Source: Macrostomum lignano (lineage: Eukaryota). Taken from it: DNA of 64,000 nucleotides. The notes beneath the pieces are model-generated. The model did not search any database, had not been told where the DNA came from, and saw only the letters and a list, made by a program, of their open reading frames with translations. Where the stretch lies: positions 115,847-179,846 of the forward strand of contig NIVC01002369.1 in assembly GCA_002269645.1 (NCBI GenBank), read 5' to 3'. The position numbers and the translations under genes were made by a program. This document shows positions 34,582 through 48,055 of the stretch, one piece after another; the stretch's first letter is position 1; each line of letters opens with the position of its first letter.

Positions 34582-35616
34582 ATGTCTTTCCATTCCGGAT
34601 CACAAAGTGACGAAGTCCCTACCGCTCCGCATTGCAGCTCAGGCAGAAACCCGCTTCGAGCATCGGCATCTCCGCACAGATCGCAGCCCCACAGTTTCTC
34701 AGAGATGCGCCGGGGCTCTGTCGCCTGCCCCTTTTGTCCCAGGCGGTTCTGCCGCACCCGATCGGCAGCGGCGCAGTACTTGCATCATGTGCGGTCACAC
34801 GGAATCGGCTGCGACTCGGAGCCAGAGGAGGCGGCTGCGACCAACTCAGAAGCTGGCAGAGCGGCGGCGGTCGAGCAGGTCGAGTCTCGCAATGAGTCAG
34901 CGATGCAGCCGTGTGCAGCCGGCAGTTCTGCAGTGACGAAGCGTTACGAGTGCGAGTCAGCCGGGAAGACCCGAGCTTTGAACAGTGCTGCAACACGGCA
35001 ACGTCAAGCTCAGGCTGTCGAGAGGGCGTTCCAGTGCAACACTTGCCAGAAGAAGTTCACCAGAAAAAGCCACCTCAAAGCTCACATTAGTGCAGTGCAC
35101 ATGAAGGCGAAACCGCACAAGTGCAATGTGTGCGGCAAGAGATTTAGTGACAGCAGCAGCCTCACTAAGCACTCTAGGCTGCACACAGGAGAAAAGCCAT
35201 TTGAGTGCAATGTGTGCGGCAAGAGATTCAGTCAAGCATGGAGCCTCTCTTCCCACTCAAGGCTTCACACAGGAGAAAAGCCTTTCGAGTGCAAGGTTTG
35301 CGGCAAAAGATTCAATCAAGCAAGCCATCTCTCTTCCCACTCAAGGCTGCACACAGGAGAAAAGCCATTTGAGTGCAATGTGTGCGGCAAGAGATTTAGT
35401 GACAGCAGCAGCCTCACTCAGCACTCTAGGCTTCACACAGGAGAAAAGCCTTTCGAGTGCAAGGTTTGCGGCAAAAGATTCAGTCAAGCAGGCAGCCTCT
35501 CTTCCCACTCAAGGCTTCACACAGGAGAAAAGCCGTTTGAGTGCATGGTGTGCGGCAAGAGATTTCGTGTAAGCAGCAACCTCACTAAGCACTCCAGGGT
35601 GCACACGAATATTTAA
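34582..35616 (+). CDS. C2H2 zinc-finger protein ZF8 (7 fingers)
   Basis: ORF is open from 34510. Helices RKSHLKA, DSSSLTK, QAWSLSS, QASHLSS, DSSSLTQ, QAGSLSS, VSSNLTK; ends TNI. Confidence 0.9.
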   Translation: MSFHSGSQSDEVPTAPHCSSGRNPLRASASPHRSQPHSFSEMRRGSVACPFCPRRFCRTRSAAAQYLHHVRSHGIGCDSEPEEAAATNSEAGRAAAVEQVESRNESAMQPCAAGSSAVTKRYECESAGKTRALNSAATRQRQAQAVERAFQCNTCQKKFTRKSHLKAHISAVHMKAKPHKCNVCGKRFSDSSSLTKHSRLHTGEKPFECNVCGKRFSQAWSLSSHSRLHTGEKPFECKVCGKRFNQASHLSSHSRLHTGEKPFECNVCGKRFSDSSSLTQHSRLHTGEKPFECKVCGKRFSQAGSLSSHSRLHTGEKPFECMVCGKRFRVSSNLTKHSRVHTNI

Positions 35617-36627
35617 CTTTGCGCACCGTGATTGTAGAAATGGACACACGATCTTTGTTTTTCTGTGCTCCAGGCGTTTTCAGTGTACGAGTACTTGCAA
35701 TCGTTTAACAGCTTTTTGTTCCTATGTAATTATGCTTTGTCTTGAATCTTTCCTTTAGGATGCATGAGGAAGTTGATGCACTGATGAGCTGTTGCTGCCA
35801 AATGTTTTCAGTTTTTTTCCCAGTAGTCACATTGCGTACTGTACGAGTACTCGGCACTTATGCTACTTTTCGTTTGACTTATTTTAATTTTTGCTTAAAA
35901 AATTCTGCGCACAGTAGGCACGAATATTATAAACTGATAGTTCGGTGATTGTCAGCTTTCTCTTTGTAGTTGTCCGATAGCTTTACAACTTGACCAGAAT
36001 GCAACTCGGCTGGGTGGCTGAATCACTTGGTGCCCTCCGAGTAACCTGTTGCGATGCACTTTAATCGTAGTGCTCATGCTGTCTTAATTGTCGAATTTTG
36101 AAAAAATTGCATGCTTTCGGGAATCGAGTCAAGTTTGGTGTTAGCGTGGCGTTTTGCGAGGAATCTTTCTGTTTCTGATGTTGGTTTTCTCTGCTGCTGT
36201 TTTGACCTTGAAAGACCTTCCAAGTGCTGTGAGCAGAATGGCGGTCTTCAGCTCGTCGCTTTCATTATCTCGCTTCACGGCTGTGAGGGAGAGCGCGAAA
36301 CCAGCAATTCATGTTTTCACTTCTTCATTTGTTCTCATCGAATGCGATGGATGCTGGTGGCTTCAACTCTCCTGTATCAGCCAGCCATGTGTATCGAAGC
36401 GTCGGCTTTGAATTAGATTATTAGCTGTATAGCGACTGAATGATGTATGCGGTTAAGGAGTTAATCGTTAGCTGTGTTCCTCTGACACCATGCTGTTTGT
36501 TGTCGTGTTAGTAATGAAATCTCGAAATCTATGGGCTTGTGTCTCCGATTAGCGGTTTTTCGCATGAACACGTAAAGAGGACGGCTCGAAAATGAAAGTA
36601 TAGAGCCTAGTCGGGAGTGCTCAGTAG

Positions 36628-37099
36628 CCAGAAGAAGCTCACCAGAAAATGCCACCTCAAAGCTCACATTAGTGCAGTGCACAAGAAGGCGAAACCGTAC
36701 AAGTGCAAGGTGTGCGGCAAGAGATTCCATGTCAGCAGCGCCTTCACTACATACTCGAGGCGGCACACAGGAGAAAAGCCATTTGAGTGCAAGGTGTGCG
36801 GCAAGAGATTCGGTTTCAGCAGCAACCTCTCTTCTCACTCAAGGCTGCACACAGGAGAAAAACCATTTGAGTGCAAGGTGTGCGGCAAGAGATTTAGTGT
36901 CAGTAGCAGCCTCACTAAGCACTCTAGGCTTCACACAGGAGAAAAACCATTTGAGTGCAAGGTGTGCGGCAAGCGATTTACTCAAATCTCCAACCTCACT
37001 ATGCACTCTAGAGTTCACACAGGAGAAAAGCCATTTGAGTGCAAGCGATTTAATCGAGGCAGCCATCAGAAAACGCACGCTAATCGGCACATTGTGTAA
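36628..37099 (+). pseudogene. ZF9: 5'-truncated ZF4-like copy fused to an antisense LTR
   Basis: Junction gggagtgctcagtag|ccagaagaagctc joins LTR sequence to the middle of finger 1. Helices VSSAFTT(Y), [21 protein letters not shown]. Confidence 0.85.
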
Positions 37100-38246
37100 C
37101 GAATATTAAACTTTGCCCTCCGTGGCTGCAGAAGTGAACTTCGGGGTCAGAGTTCTGAGTGTTCGCCACGCGTTTTTAAGTCACTGGCAATCCATTAACA
37201 GCCTTTTTGTCCGTAAATTTTAATGATCATCCTTGAATTGTCCAAAAGTAATGCATACCGTATCTAAACCAATGGTCAGTTGATCAGTGTCAGTAGCCAC
37301 TGATTGGTTTGAAGCATTTTCTGTTTTAATTAAGCACCTTCATTGACTGCACTGCTAGACCAGTGTTTAATTCTTGTTGCTGCCAAAGGTTTCAATTTGT
37401 TGTTTGCTTCTTATTTCATTATTTTCTGTATTACTCAGCACCCATATTTTACGTGTTTGACTGTAATCATTGTTATTATAGTGTCTCCGCGATTGAATTT
37501 TGTAAAGACCAAGCTAAAATTTGATCTCAAAACTTGTTTTTCTTCATGTATTTTCGAATTACACTTGCAGCATGGCAATCTTCACTTGTTATTTTTTTAT
37601 GTCTGTCTGGATTTGTTGATTTTTATATTAATATTAACAAACCACGTGTAGTGCATGGGCCCTCGGGGGTCTGTCAGGGCAGGAGAGTCTCACACTGCTT
37701 ACGCCGTTAAGTTGCTTACTGCTTACTGCTTATCCCTCTAGTTAAGGAGACAAAAAGTTATACTTTACAAATTGGTTCTGGTTCTAGAATCAGAACAAGC
37801 AATATGAAAAGCCTCTTAGAGGTAAACTAAACTTTTTTGATTTGGCCGAAGCACCAATCAAAGTCGGGTAAAATTAGTTGACTCTGTGGTATAAAAGACA
37901 ATAGTTTAGAGCAATTGCTTCAGCAGCAAAAGTTTGAGTTTGATAGCTTGATATGTCAGGAGTTCCGTATATTTTGCCAGCTGCTTGTACAGAGTACACA
38001 CGTGAGCCATATACTCGTGACTCACCAATATCCTATACTATATCTTACGGTAGGCACTTTATAAGCACCAGCGAGTGTCACAACAATAATGGTAGCAACG
38101 CAACTTCTGAACTTCATCACGCCAGATCGAGCTACTGTTTCACAAAGCGTCACTACGTCTTTTCCTACTTTTTTTATAGTACTTGGGTTGGGCACCCGGA
38201 CCGACCCCAGTTTCTTCACAGGTAAACTGTGGAATGCAGCTGTCTC

Positions 38247-40229
38247 CTCTCCCTAGCCACCCTATCACTAACCCAACCCACCCTAAGACTCTCCCTAGCC
38301 ACCCTATCACTAACCCAACCCACCCTAAGACTCTCCCTAGCCACCCTATCACTAACCCAACCCACCCTAAGACACTCCCTAGCCACCCTATCACTCACCC
38401 AACCCACCCTAAGACTCTCCCTAGCCACCCTATCACTCACCCAACCCACCCTAAGACTCTCCCTAGCCACCCTATCACTCACCCAACCCACCCTAAGACT
38501 CTCCCTAGCCACCCTATCACTCACCCAACCCACCCTAAGACTCTCCCTAGCCACCCTATCACTCACCCAACCCACCCTAAGACACTCCCTAGCCACCCTA
38601 TCACTCACCCAACCCACCCTAAGACTCTCCCTAGCCACCCTATCACTCACCCAACCCACCCTAAGACTCTCCCTAGCCACCCTATCACTCACCCAAACCA
38701 CCCTAAGACTCTCCCTAGCCACCCTATCACTCACCCAAACCACCCTAAGACTCTCCCTAGCCACCCTATCACTCACCCAAACCACCCTAAGACACTCCCT
38801 AGCCACCCTATCACTCACCCAACCCACCCTAACACTCCCTAGCCACCCTATCACTCACCCAAATCACCCTAAGACTCTCCCTAGCCACCCTATCACTCAC
38901 CCAAAAACCACCCTAAGACTCTCCCTAGCCACCCCATCACTCACCCAAAAACCACTTTAAGACTCTCCCTAGCCACCCTATCACTCACCCAAAAACCACC
39001 CTAAGACTCTCCCTAGCCACCCTTTCACTCACCCAAACCACCCTAAGACTCTCGCTAGCCACCCTATCACTCACCCAAACCACCTTAAGACTCTCCCTAG
39101 CCACCCTATCACTCACCCAAACCACCCTAAGACTCTCCCTAGCCACCCTATCACTCACCCAAAAACCACCCTAAGACTCTCCCTAGCCACCCCATCACTC
39201 ACCCAAAAACCACTTTAAGACTCTCCCTAGCCACCCTATCACTCACCCAAAAACCACCCTAAGACTCTCCCTAGCCACCCTATCACTCACTCAAAAACCA
39301 CCCTAAGACTCTCCCTAGCCACCCTTTCACTCACCCAAAAACCACCCTAAGACTCTCCCTAGCCACCCCATCACTCACCCAAAAACCACTTTAAGACTCT
39401 CCCTAGCCACCCTATCACTCACCCAAAAACCACCCTAAGACTCTCCCTAGCCACCCCATCACTCACCCAAAAACCACCCTAAGACTCTCCCTAGCCACCC
39501 TATCACTCACTCAAAAACCACCCTAAGACTCTCCCTAGCCACCCTTTCACTCACCCAAACCACCCTAAGACTCTCCCTAGCCACCCTATCACTCACCCAA
39601 AAACCACCCTAAGACTCTCCCTAGCCACCCTTTCACTCACCCAAACCACCCTAAGACTCTCCCTAGCCACCCCATCACTCACCCAAAAACCACCCTAAGA
39701 CTCTCCCTAGCCACCCTATCACTCACCCAAACCACCCTAAGACTCTCCCTAGCCACCCTATCACTCACCCAAAAACCACCCTAAGACTCTCCCTAGCCAC
39801 CCTTTCACTCACCCAAACCACCCTAAGACTCTCCCTAGCCACCCCATCACTCACCCAAAAACCACCCTAAGACTCTCCCTAGCCACCCTATCACTCACCC
39901 AAACCACCCTAAGACTCTCCCTAGCCACCCTATCACTCACCCAAAAACCACCCTAAGACTCTCCCTAGCCACCCTATCACTCACCCAAACCACCCTAAGA
40001 CTCTCCCTAGCCACCCTATCACTCACCCAACCCACCCTAAGACTCTCCCTAGCCACCCTCACCCATCACTCACCCACCCTAAAACCACCCAAGACCCTAG
40101 CCACCCTATCACTCACCCAAACCACCCTAAGACTCTCCCTAGCCACCCTATCACTCACCCAAACCACCCTAAGACTCTCCCTAGCCACCCTATCACTCAC
40201 CCAAACCACCCTAAGACTCTCCCTAGCCA
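38247..40229. repeat. 42-bp satellite, array 2 (~46-47 units, including 44-bp variants)
   Basis: Same unit as array 1. Variants are ordered along the array: aacccacc at the 5' end, then aaaccacc, then aaaaaccacc. Confidence 0.97.
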
Positions 40230-41659
40230 GACTCTAGCCAGAGGACTCCACTGCCACTCTACCAGTCACCCTGCCACTCCAATTTTCACCCTACCTACCC
40301 TGCTAACTGTTCAGCAACTTCTCTTAACCCATTTCCTCTGCCATTGCACCTTTTTAGAATTTATCCTATTAGATGATTTTTTAACTATTAAATAACTTAC
40401 TAAAGAATGAAATTGTTTTGATAGTGTTCCAATCACTACCCTTCTCTTATTTAATTTTCACCTACCGAATACTCGTAAACTACAGAGTGGTAAATGCGAT
40501 TGCTGTTGTGTAAAACATTTCTCAGAGGCATTTATGCTCAGCTCCCAAGTCCTTCAAGTAATTCTCTCACAGTTTCGACACTTGGCTCCACATGCCAGGC
40601 ATGACTCTGGCAGATGCTTCTTCATAAAAAAACTGCAGGCCTTGCCCGAAATGCGCATTTGGCCTTGAGCACTGCTTTGATGTCGCATTTTGTCCTTTGT
40701 TGTATTGACTGCTTCCAACTTTCCTTGAGGTCAAGGCACTCTTACTGACTTGCTCTTGCGCTGCAACAGTCTCCACCGCAAGCATCAATGTTAACGGGCC
40801 TTTAATAATCAGTTCTTTCACCACGGAGGCATTGCACAGTCCGGCTACAAACTGGTCTCTTAGAGCTTCTTGCAGAATGTATTCAAATACCACATCTGTC
40901 GCAGTCTCGCAGTCGGTTCTCAAAATATGCTTATGGGTACTCGTCTTGCTTCGCTACGTTAAACCTGTGACGCTCAGGCACAAGTTTTTGTGAGGTGACA
41001 AGCTACTTGATTTCATCCTCTAGATTCTCGAATGCATTGACCTCTAGCTTCGCCGGAGGGACCAAGAAGTTCCCTAATTTGTCATACGCGGCTACCACCA
41101 TGATGAGGCTTAAAAAGTCAGTCTTGAGTAAGACTCCGTCAACCTTCTCGTCTTTCATGTCCAATTTTCTGCAGACGGCTTCAATCCGCTAAATGCCTCA
41201 GAAATTCCTTCAGTCCAGGGCGACTCCCGCAGGTTCCCTCAAGACAGTGACGCCCTTGTTTTTTCAGTTCGTCCAGAGCCAAACAGACAGAAGTTTCACG
41301 ATCGTGCTGCTCAGCTAGCAGTTCTAAATGATAATGTACATGTACATTGACACTCGGCAGCTTAAAACGCGCCGTTTTGTTTAATTTCTTAAACCGCCGT
41401 CTCAAATAAGCACGCAGAATTGGGAACGCAGAAAGATGATACAGACAGAAACTGGGTCGGTTTGGGGTAGACGTGGCGGGGAGAGGTAAAAGTGCACTGC
41501 CGGCCTTCTTAACCGGGGGCTAAGGATTGCTCATCAATGCAGATGTACCCGGTCACATTGCCGTTTAGCAATAACTTTTCACCCAGTAAAATGTCCATTA
41601 AAAATTAGTCTATTTACTTTTATTTAAGACTCAGCTATAAGTGTAGTTCACTTCCTTTG

Positions 41660-42280
41660 ATGTCTTTCAATTCCGGATCACAAAGTGACGAAGTCCCTAC
41701 CGCTCCGCATTGCAGCTCAGGCAGAGACTGGCTTCGAGCATCGGCATCTCCGCACAGATCGCAGCCCCACAGTTCCTCAGAACACCGGGGACACCCCGGA
41801 GACACCGGGGCTCTGTCGCCTGCCCCTTTTGTCCCAGGCGGTTCTGCCGCACCCGATCGGCAGCGGCGCAGTACTTGCGGTCGGGAACACCCGAGCTTCA
41901 AAGAGTGCTGCAACATGGCAACGTCAAGCTCAGGGCATCGAGAGCCCGTTCCAGTGCGATACTTGCCAGAAGAAGTTTACCAAAAAAAGCCATATCAAAG
42001 CTCACATTAGTGCAGTGCACAAGAAGGCAAACCGTACAAGTGCAAGGTGTGCGGCAAGAGATTCCATGTCAGCAGCGCCTTCACTACATACTCGAGGCGG
42101 CACACAGGAGAAAAGCCATTTGAGTGCAAGGTGTGCGGCAGAAGATTTCGTCGTAGGAGCAACCTCACTTCGCACTCAAGGCTGCACACAGAAGAAAAGC
42201 CATTTGAGTGCAGGGTGTGCAGCAAGATACTAAATAAAGCCAGCATACTGAAGAGGCACTCCAAGCAGCAGGTTTTGTAG
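41660..42280 (+). pseudogene. ZF10: ZF5-type pseudogene (4 fingers)
   Basis: Same ~180-bp deletion and linker frameshift as ZF5. Extra finger RRSNLTS. Short insertion aacaccggggacaccccgg near 41780. Confidence 0.85.
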
Positions 42281-43536
42281 AGAATATTCAGTTTCGTGTT
42301 CCGTGATCGCTGAAATAGACTCCGGAAATTTGTTCTTCCTGTGCTCCACGCGTTTTCAATTTATTCGCAATCTTTTAACAGCTTTTTGTTCTTTTGTATT
42401 AGTGATTTTTTGTTGAATTTTTCTGAAGAATGCATTAGGAAGTTGATGCACTAATGAGCTGTTGCTGCCAAAGGAAGTTGATGTTTGCTGTTTTTATAAA
42501 TTATACCGGTGGCATTGAAGTCTATGTTTTGTTTTAATATTTGTCTTGATGTGTGTATAATTGTTTTGATATAGAGATTTTAATAGGCCACGTAAAATGT
42601 CGAATGCAGCTGTTGTCATTGGCATGACTGCTCAGCTGTCAGGGCATTGAGCCGGGCAGCAGAGCGGCAGCGAGACAGAGAGAACCTCTGAGCCGTGTCG
42701 CAGAGTCCTTTGGAAAAAAGTTGAGTTGAGTTGCAGCTAGAATGTAGGTTTTAATGGCTGCCAAGACAGTCAACAAGTTGAGCCAAATTACCGTTCCCAT
42801 GACTGCCCCTCAGCACACCGTTGCCTCTTACACTGATGACTGCACAATCTTATTATTATAGAATGAATTTGCCTTCATAATCCTCTTGTTCATTAGTTTC
42901 ATTAGTAAAATAAGCTATGGAGTTGGAATTTCACTTTTTTGCTTTGCTTAAATGCATTCATGCTAAGCTCCCAGATCTAGGCCAGTGGGTTCTCCTTTTT
43001 AATTTCCCGAGCCGTCTGAAACGGGTAGACAGCATTTGGAATGCAGCAGAGGGACCCTTCAAACAGAATGGGAAGGGATGTAACTGGGTGAGTTTGGTGT
43101 AGACGCGGCTGAAAGGAGTAAGAGTGCAATGGCAGGCCCTCCTGACGAGTGCCAAGGATTTCTTATCGGTACAGCAGATGTACCCGGGCACATTCTCGAT
43201 TAGCAGCAAGATTTTCACACGCTTGAATCTTCATCGAAAATTGACTGTTGCAAATTCAAGTATAGCATGCATTCTATATTTACATGTATCACTTTCATAG
43301 ATGTTTATATAAAGTTAGTCTATTTATTTGTTGATGTAACCCAGCTATCGTCTTTATGTTCTCAAAATCAGAAAGCATACTTGTAGTTTAGTTCTTTTAG
43401 ATGTTTTCAATCCCAGTTTACAAACGGATCCAACAAGTGATTAAGATAGTCTACCGCTCCACATTCCAGCTTAGGCAGAGACGGGCCTCGAGCATCGGCA
43501 TCTCCGCACAGATCGCAGCCCCACAGTTTCTCAGCG

Positions 43537-44666
43537 ATGCGCCGGGGCTCTGTCGCCTGCCCCTTTTGTCCCAGGCGGTTCTGCCGTACCCGTTCGGCAG
43601 CGGCGCAGTACTTGCATCATGTGCGGTCACACGGAATGGGCTGCGACTCGGAGCCAGAGGAGGTGGCTGCGACCAACTCAGAAGCTGGCAGAGCGGCGGC
43701 GGTCGAGCAGGTCGAGTCTCGCAATGAGTCAGCGATGCAGCCGTGTGCAGACGGCAGTTCTGCAGTGACGAAGAGTCCAGAGTGCGAGTCAGCCGGGAAG
43801 ACCCGAGCTTTGAACAGTGCTGCAACACGGCAACGTCAAGCTCAGGCTGTCGAGAGGGCGTTCCAGTGCAACACTTGCCAGAAGAAGTTCACCAGAAAAG
43901 CCACCTCAAAGCTCACATTAGTGCAGTGCACATGAAGGCGAAACCGCACAAGTGCAAGGTGTGCGGCAAGAGATTCGGTTTCAGCAGCGACCTCAATACA
44001 CACTCTAGAGTGCACACAGGAGAAAAGCCATTTGAGTGCAATGTGTGCGGCAAGAGATTCGGTCGAGCATGGGGCCTCTCTTACCACTCAAGGCTGCACA
44101 CAGGAGAAAAGCCATTTGAGTGCAATGTGTGCGGCAAGAGATTTAGTGTCAGTAGCAGCCTCACTCAGCACTCTAGGCTTCACACAGGAGAAAAGCCTTT
44201 CGAGTGCAAGGTGTGCGGCAAAAGATTCAATCAAGCAAGCAATCTCTCTTCCCACTCAAGGCTGCACACAGGAGAAAAGCCATTTGAGTGCAAGGTGTGC
44301 GGCAAGAGATTTAATGACAGCAGCAGCCTCACTAAGCACTCTAGGCTTCACACAGGAGAAAAGCCTTTCGAGTGCAAGGTTTGCGGCAAAAGATTCAATC
44401 AAGCAAGCAATCTCTCTTCCCACTCAAGGCTGCACACAGGAGAAAAGCCATTTGAGTGCAATGTGTGCGGCAAGAGATTTAGTGACAGCAGCAGCCTCAC
44501 TAAGCACTCTAGGCTTCACACAGGAGAAAAGCCGTTTGAGTGCATGGTGTGCGGCAAGAGATTTCATGTAAGCAGCAACCTCACTAAGCACTCCAGGGTG
44601 CACACAAGAAAAAGCTATTCGAGTGCCAGGTGTTCTGCAAAAGATTCAGTTAAGGCAGCAATCTGA
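43537..44666 (+). pseudogene. ZF11: ZF6-like 9-finger gene with a 1-bp deletion in finger 1
   Basis: ORFs 43537..43935 and 43743..44666. Same accagaaaagccacc deletion as ZF7. Helices [56 protein letters not shown]. Confidence 0.75.
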
Positions 44667-47107
44667 AGAGGCTCTTCAAGCAGCACATTTTTAACGAATA
44701 TTTAACTTTGCGCACCGTGATTGTAGAAATGGACACACGATCTTTGTTTTTCTGTGCTCCAGGCGTTTTCAGTGTACGAGTACTTGCAATCGTTTAACAG
44801 CTTTTTGTTCCTATGTAATTATGCTTTGTCTTGAATCTTTCCTTTAGGATGCATGAGGAAGTTGATGCACTGATGAGCTGTTGCTGCCAAATGTTTTCAG
44901 TTTTTTCTCCAGTAGTCACCTTGCGTACTGTACGAGTACTCGGCACTTATGCTACTTTTCGTTTGACTTATTTTAATTTTTGCTTAAAAAATTCTGCGCA
45001 CAGTAGGCACGAATATTATAAACTGATAGTTCGGTGATTGTCAGCTTTCTAATTATTGAGTTAGCGAAGTCACAAATTGCCAAAGTTAGGTCGATCTGTA
45101 GTTGTCCGATAGCTTTACAACTTGACCAGAATGCAACTCGGCTATGTGGCTGAATCACTTGGTGCCCTCCGAGTAACCTGTTTCGATGCACTTTAATCGT
45201 AGTGCTCATATGCTGTCTTAATTGTCGAAGGTCGAAAAAAATTGCATGCTCTGGGGAATCGAGTCAAGTTTGGTGTTAGCGTGGCGTTTTGCGAGGAATC
45301 TTTCTGTTTCTGCTGTTTTGACCTTGAAAGACCTTCCAAGTGCTGTGAGCAGAATGGCGGTCTTTAGCTCGTCGCTTTCATTATCTCGCTTCACGGCTGT
45401 GAGGGAGAGCGCGAAACCAGCAATTCATGTTTCTACTTCTTCATTTGTTCTCATCGAATGCGATGGATGCTGGTGGCTTCAACTCTCCTGTATCAGCCAG
45501 CCATGTGTATCAAAGCGTCGGCTTTGAATTAGCTGTATAGCGACTGAATGATGTATGCGGTTAAGGAGTTAATCGTTAGCTGTGTTCCTCTGACACCATG
45601 CTGTTTGTTGTCGTGTTAGTAATGAAATCTCGAAATCTATGGGCTTGTGTCTCCGATTAGCGGTTTTTTGCATGAACACTTAAAGAGGACGGCTCAAAAA
45701 TGAAAGTATAGAGCATAGTCGGGAGTGCTCAGTAGTCCCTGTTACAAGCTCTATCTTTCACATTGCGCAAGACAGTACAGTTCATTAGCACTTGAGAAAA
45801 TCCCTAGCTACATAAATATTTTACAATAGAATAATTGCTACCAGCTTCTCCACCATCTAGAAATTGCACCTTTAAACTCCGAGTTGGCGCGTCAGATTGT
45901 AGAAGCATTTGACATCGTGCATTCGTCAAAAATGCTGTCCCAGTAAAGTTCCAATAAGCCGGTCTCTGAGACAGCTGAGAAATGTTTAAATTCTGACACC
46001 AAATTTCGTTTCGATTGGCTGGCCTTTAGGCTTTGCTCGTCTTAGCCAGTGGGGCCGCCTACCCACCCTTTTTGTTACGGCTTTTTAGTATTTCGCTCCG
46101 GTTTGCGCATCCACCTTAAATTGTTCAGTCGCGCAAAGTTGCAGTACAATTGGCAGAAATCAATGGGTCCTGCCAGGCAGTCTAGCGATAATAAAAATAA
46201 ACTGTTTATTTTGATTTAGCTAAAACACCAATCCAAACCCGGTAAAATTGGTTGAGACTGCGGTATTAAATGATAACAGCACCGATTGAGTTCGGTTTGA
46301 TCTGTAAGCGTGCACTGTTCAAACAATTGTTTAACGGCATCGTCGCGTTGCGTACGATATTCAAATATACAACAGGCTTTGCTTCTATTAACCAGCCTGT
46401 TTTTGAGTCATTCTTTCCCTGAAGCTTGATGGTTCAGGGGTCCTGTATATATAATTTCCAAGGCATCATCACACCAGTATCGGAAGTCACTTTGTAAGCT
46501 CCTTTGTTGCAGGCCCGCGCGATCCAGGCGGACAAGCTCGAAGCCTTTGATAATGATTTTGGAGGCTGGACGGAGCTTGCTCTCTTAGATAGCGGTTTAG
46601 GTATATATAAGGCAACTAAAAACTGTTTTATTGTAAATCTATTTTACCGAAGTGAGGACCATGCAGTGATAGTTGAAATTGTTGGTATCTGGTCTCCAGT
46701 AGAAAATTGAATGAGATAATGGAAGAATTGAGCAAAAATCAAGAAAAAATTGTATGTTAGGAAGTTTACCTGGAAGGCTTTGGCTCACTATCTTTCACGA
46801 GCCAAGGATTGCTCATCAGTGTAAATTTAACCATGCACATCATGCCGTTTAGCAGCAACATTTTCACTCGGTTAAATCCATCATCAATTGGTTGTCTTAA
46901 ATTCAAGTTCTAAATCATGATGTACATTGACACTCGGCAGCTTAAAACGCGCCGTTTTGTTTAATTTCCCAAACCGTCTCAAATAAGCACGCAGAATTGG
47001 GAACGCAGAAAGATGATACCGACAGAAAAATGACGCGGTGCAACTGGGTCAGTTTGGGGTAGACGTGGCGGGGGAGAGGGTAGAATGGGGAGAGTTCCCT
47101 TCCTTTC

Positions 47108-48055
47108 ATGTCTTTCCATTTCGGATCACAAAGTGACGAAGTCCCTACCGCTCTGAATTGCAGCTCCGGCAGAGACGGGCTTCGAGCATCGGCATCTCCG
47201 CACAGATCGCAGCCACACAGTTCCTCAGAGATGCCCCGGGGCTCTGTCGCCTGCCCCTTTTGTCCCAGGCGGTTCTGCCGCACCCGATCGGCAGCGGCGC
47301 AGTACTTGCGTCATGTGCGGTCACACGGAATGGGCTGCGACTCGGAGCCAGAGGAGGCGGCTGCGACCAACTCAGAAGCTAGCAGAGCGGCGGCGGTCGA
47401 GCAGGTCGAGTCTCGCAATGAGTTAGCGATGCAGCCGTGTGCAGCCGGCAGTTCTGCAGTGACGAAGAGTCCCGAGTGCGAGACAGCCGGGAACACCCGA
47501 GCTTTGAACAGTGCTGCAACACGGCAACGTCAAGCTCAGGCTGTCGAGAGGTCGTTCCAGTGCGACACTTGCCAGAAGAAGTTCACCAGAAAAAGCTACT
47601 TAAAGGCTCACATTAGTGCAGTGCACAAGAAGGCGAAACCGCACAAGTGCAAGGTGTGCGGCAAGAGATTTAGTCAAGCATGCAGCCTCTCTTCCCACTC
47701 AAGGCTGCACACAGGAGAAAAGCCATTTGAGTGCAAGGTGTGCGCCAAGAGATTTACTGACAGCAGCAGCCACATTAGGCACTCCAGGGTGCACACAGAA
47801 GAAAAGCCATTTGAGTGCAAGGTGTGCGGCAAGAGATTTGGTGACAGCAGCAACCTCACTAAGCACTCCAGGGTGCACACAGGAGAAAAGCCTTTCGAGT
47901 GCAAGGTGTGCGGCATGAGATTCAGTTTCAGCAGCAGCCTCTCTTCTCACTCAAGGCTGCACACAGGAGAAAAACCATTTGAGTGCAAGGTGTGCGGCAA
48001 GCGATTTAATCAAGGCAGCCATCTAAAAACGCACGCTAATCGGCACATTGTGTAA
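47108..48055 (+). CDS. C2H2 zinc-finger protein ZF12 (6 fingers; the only copy with an intact terminal finger)
   Basis: 315-aa ORF. Helices RKSYLKA, QACSLSS, DSSSHIR, DSSNLTK, FSSSLSS, QGSHLKT; ends HANRHIV. Its upstream region switches from S1-type to block-X-type sequence at ~46908. Confidence 0.92.
   Translation: MSFHFGSQSDEVPTALNCSSGRDGLRASASPHRSQPHSSSEMPRGSVACPFCPRRFCRTRSAAAQYLRHVRSHGMGCDSEPEEAAATNSEASRAAAVEQVESRNELAMQPCAAGSSAVTKSPECETAGNTRALNSAATRQRQAQAVERSFQCDTCQKKFTRKSYLKAHISAVHKKAKPHKCKVCGKRFSQACSLSSHSRLHTGEKPFECKVCAKRFTDSSSHIRHSRVHTEEKPFECKVCGKRFGDSSNLTKHSRVHTGEKPFECKVCGMRFSFSSSLSSHSRLHTGEKPFECKVCGKRFNQGSHLKTHANRHIV

Noticed and set aside
38247-40229. True or interstitial telomere array
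   Set aside because: Only one exact CCCTAA per 42-bp unit; no tandem TTAGGG.
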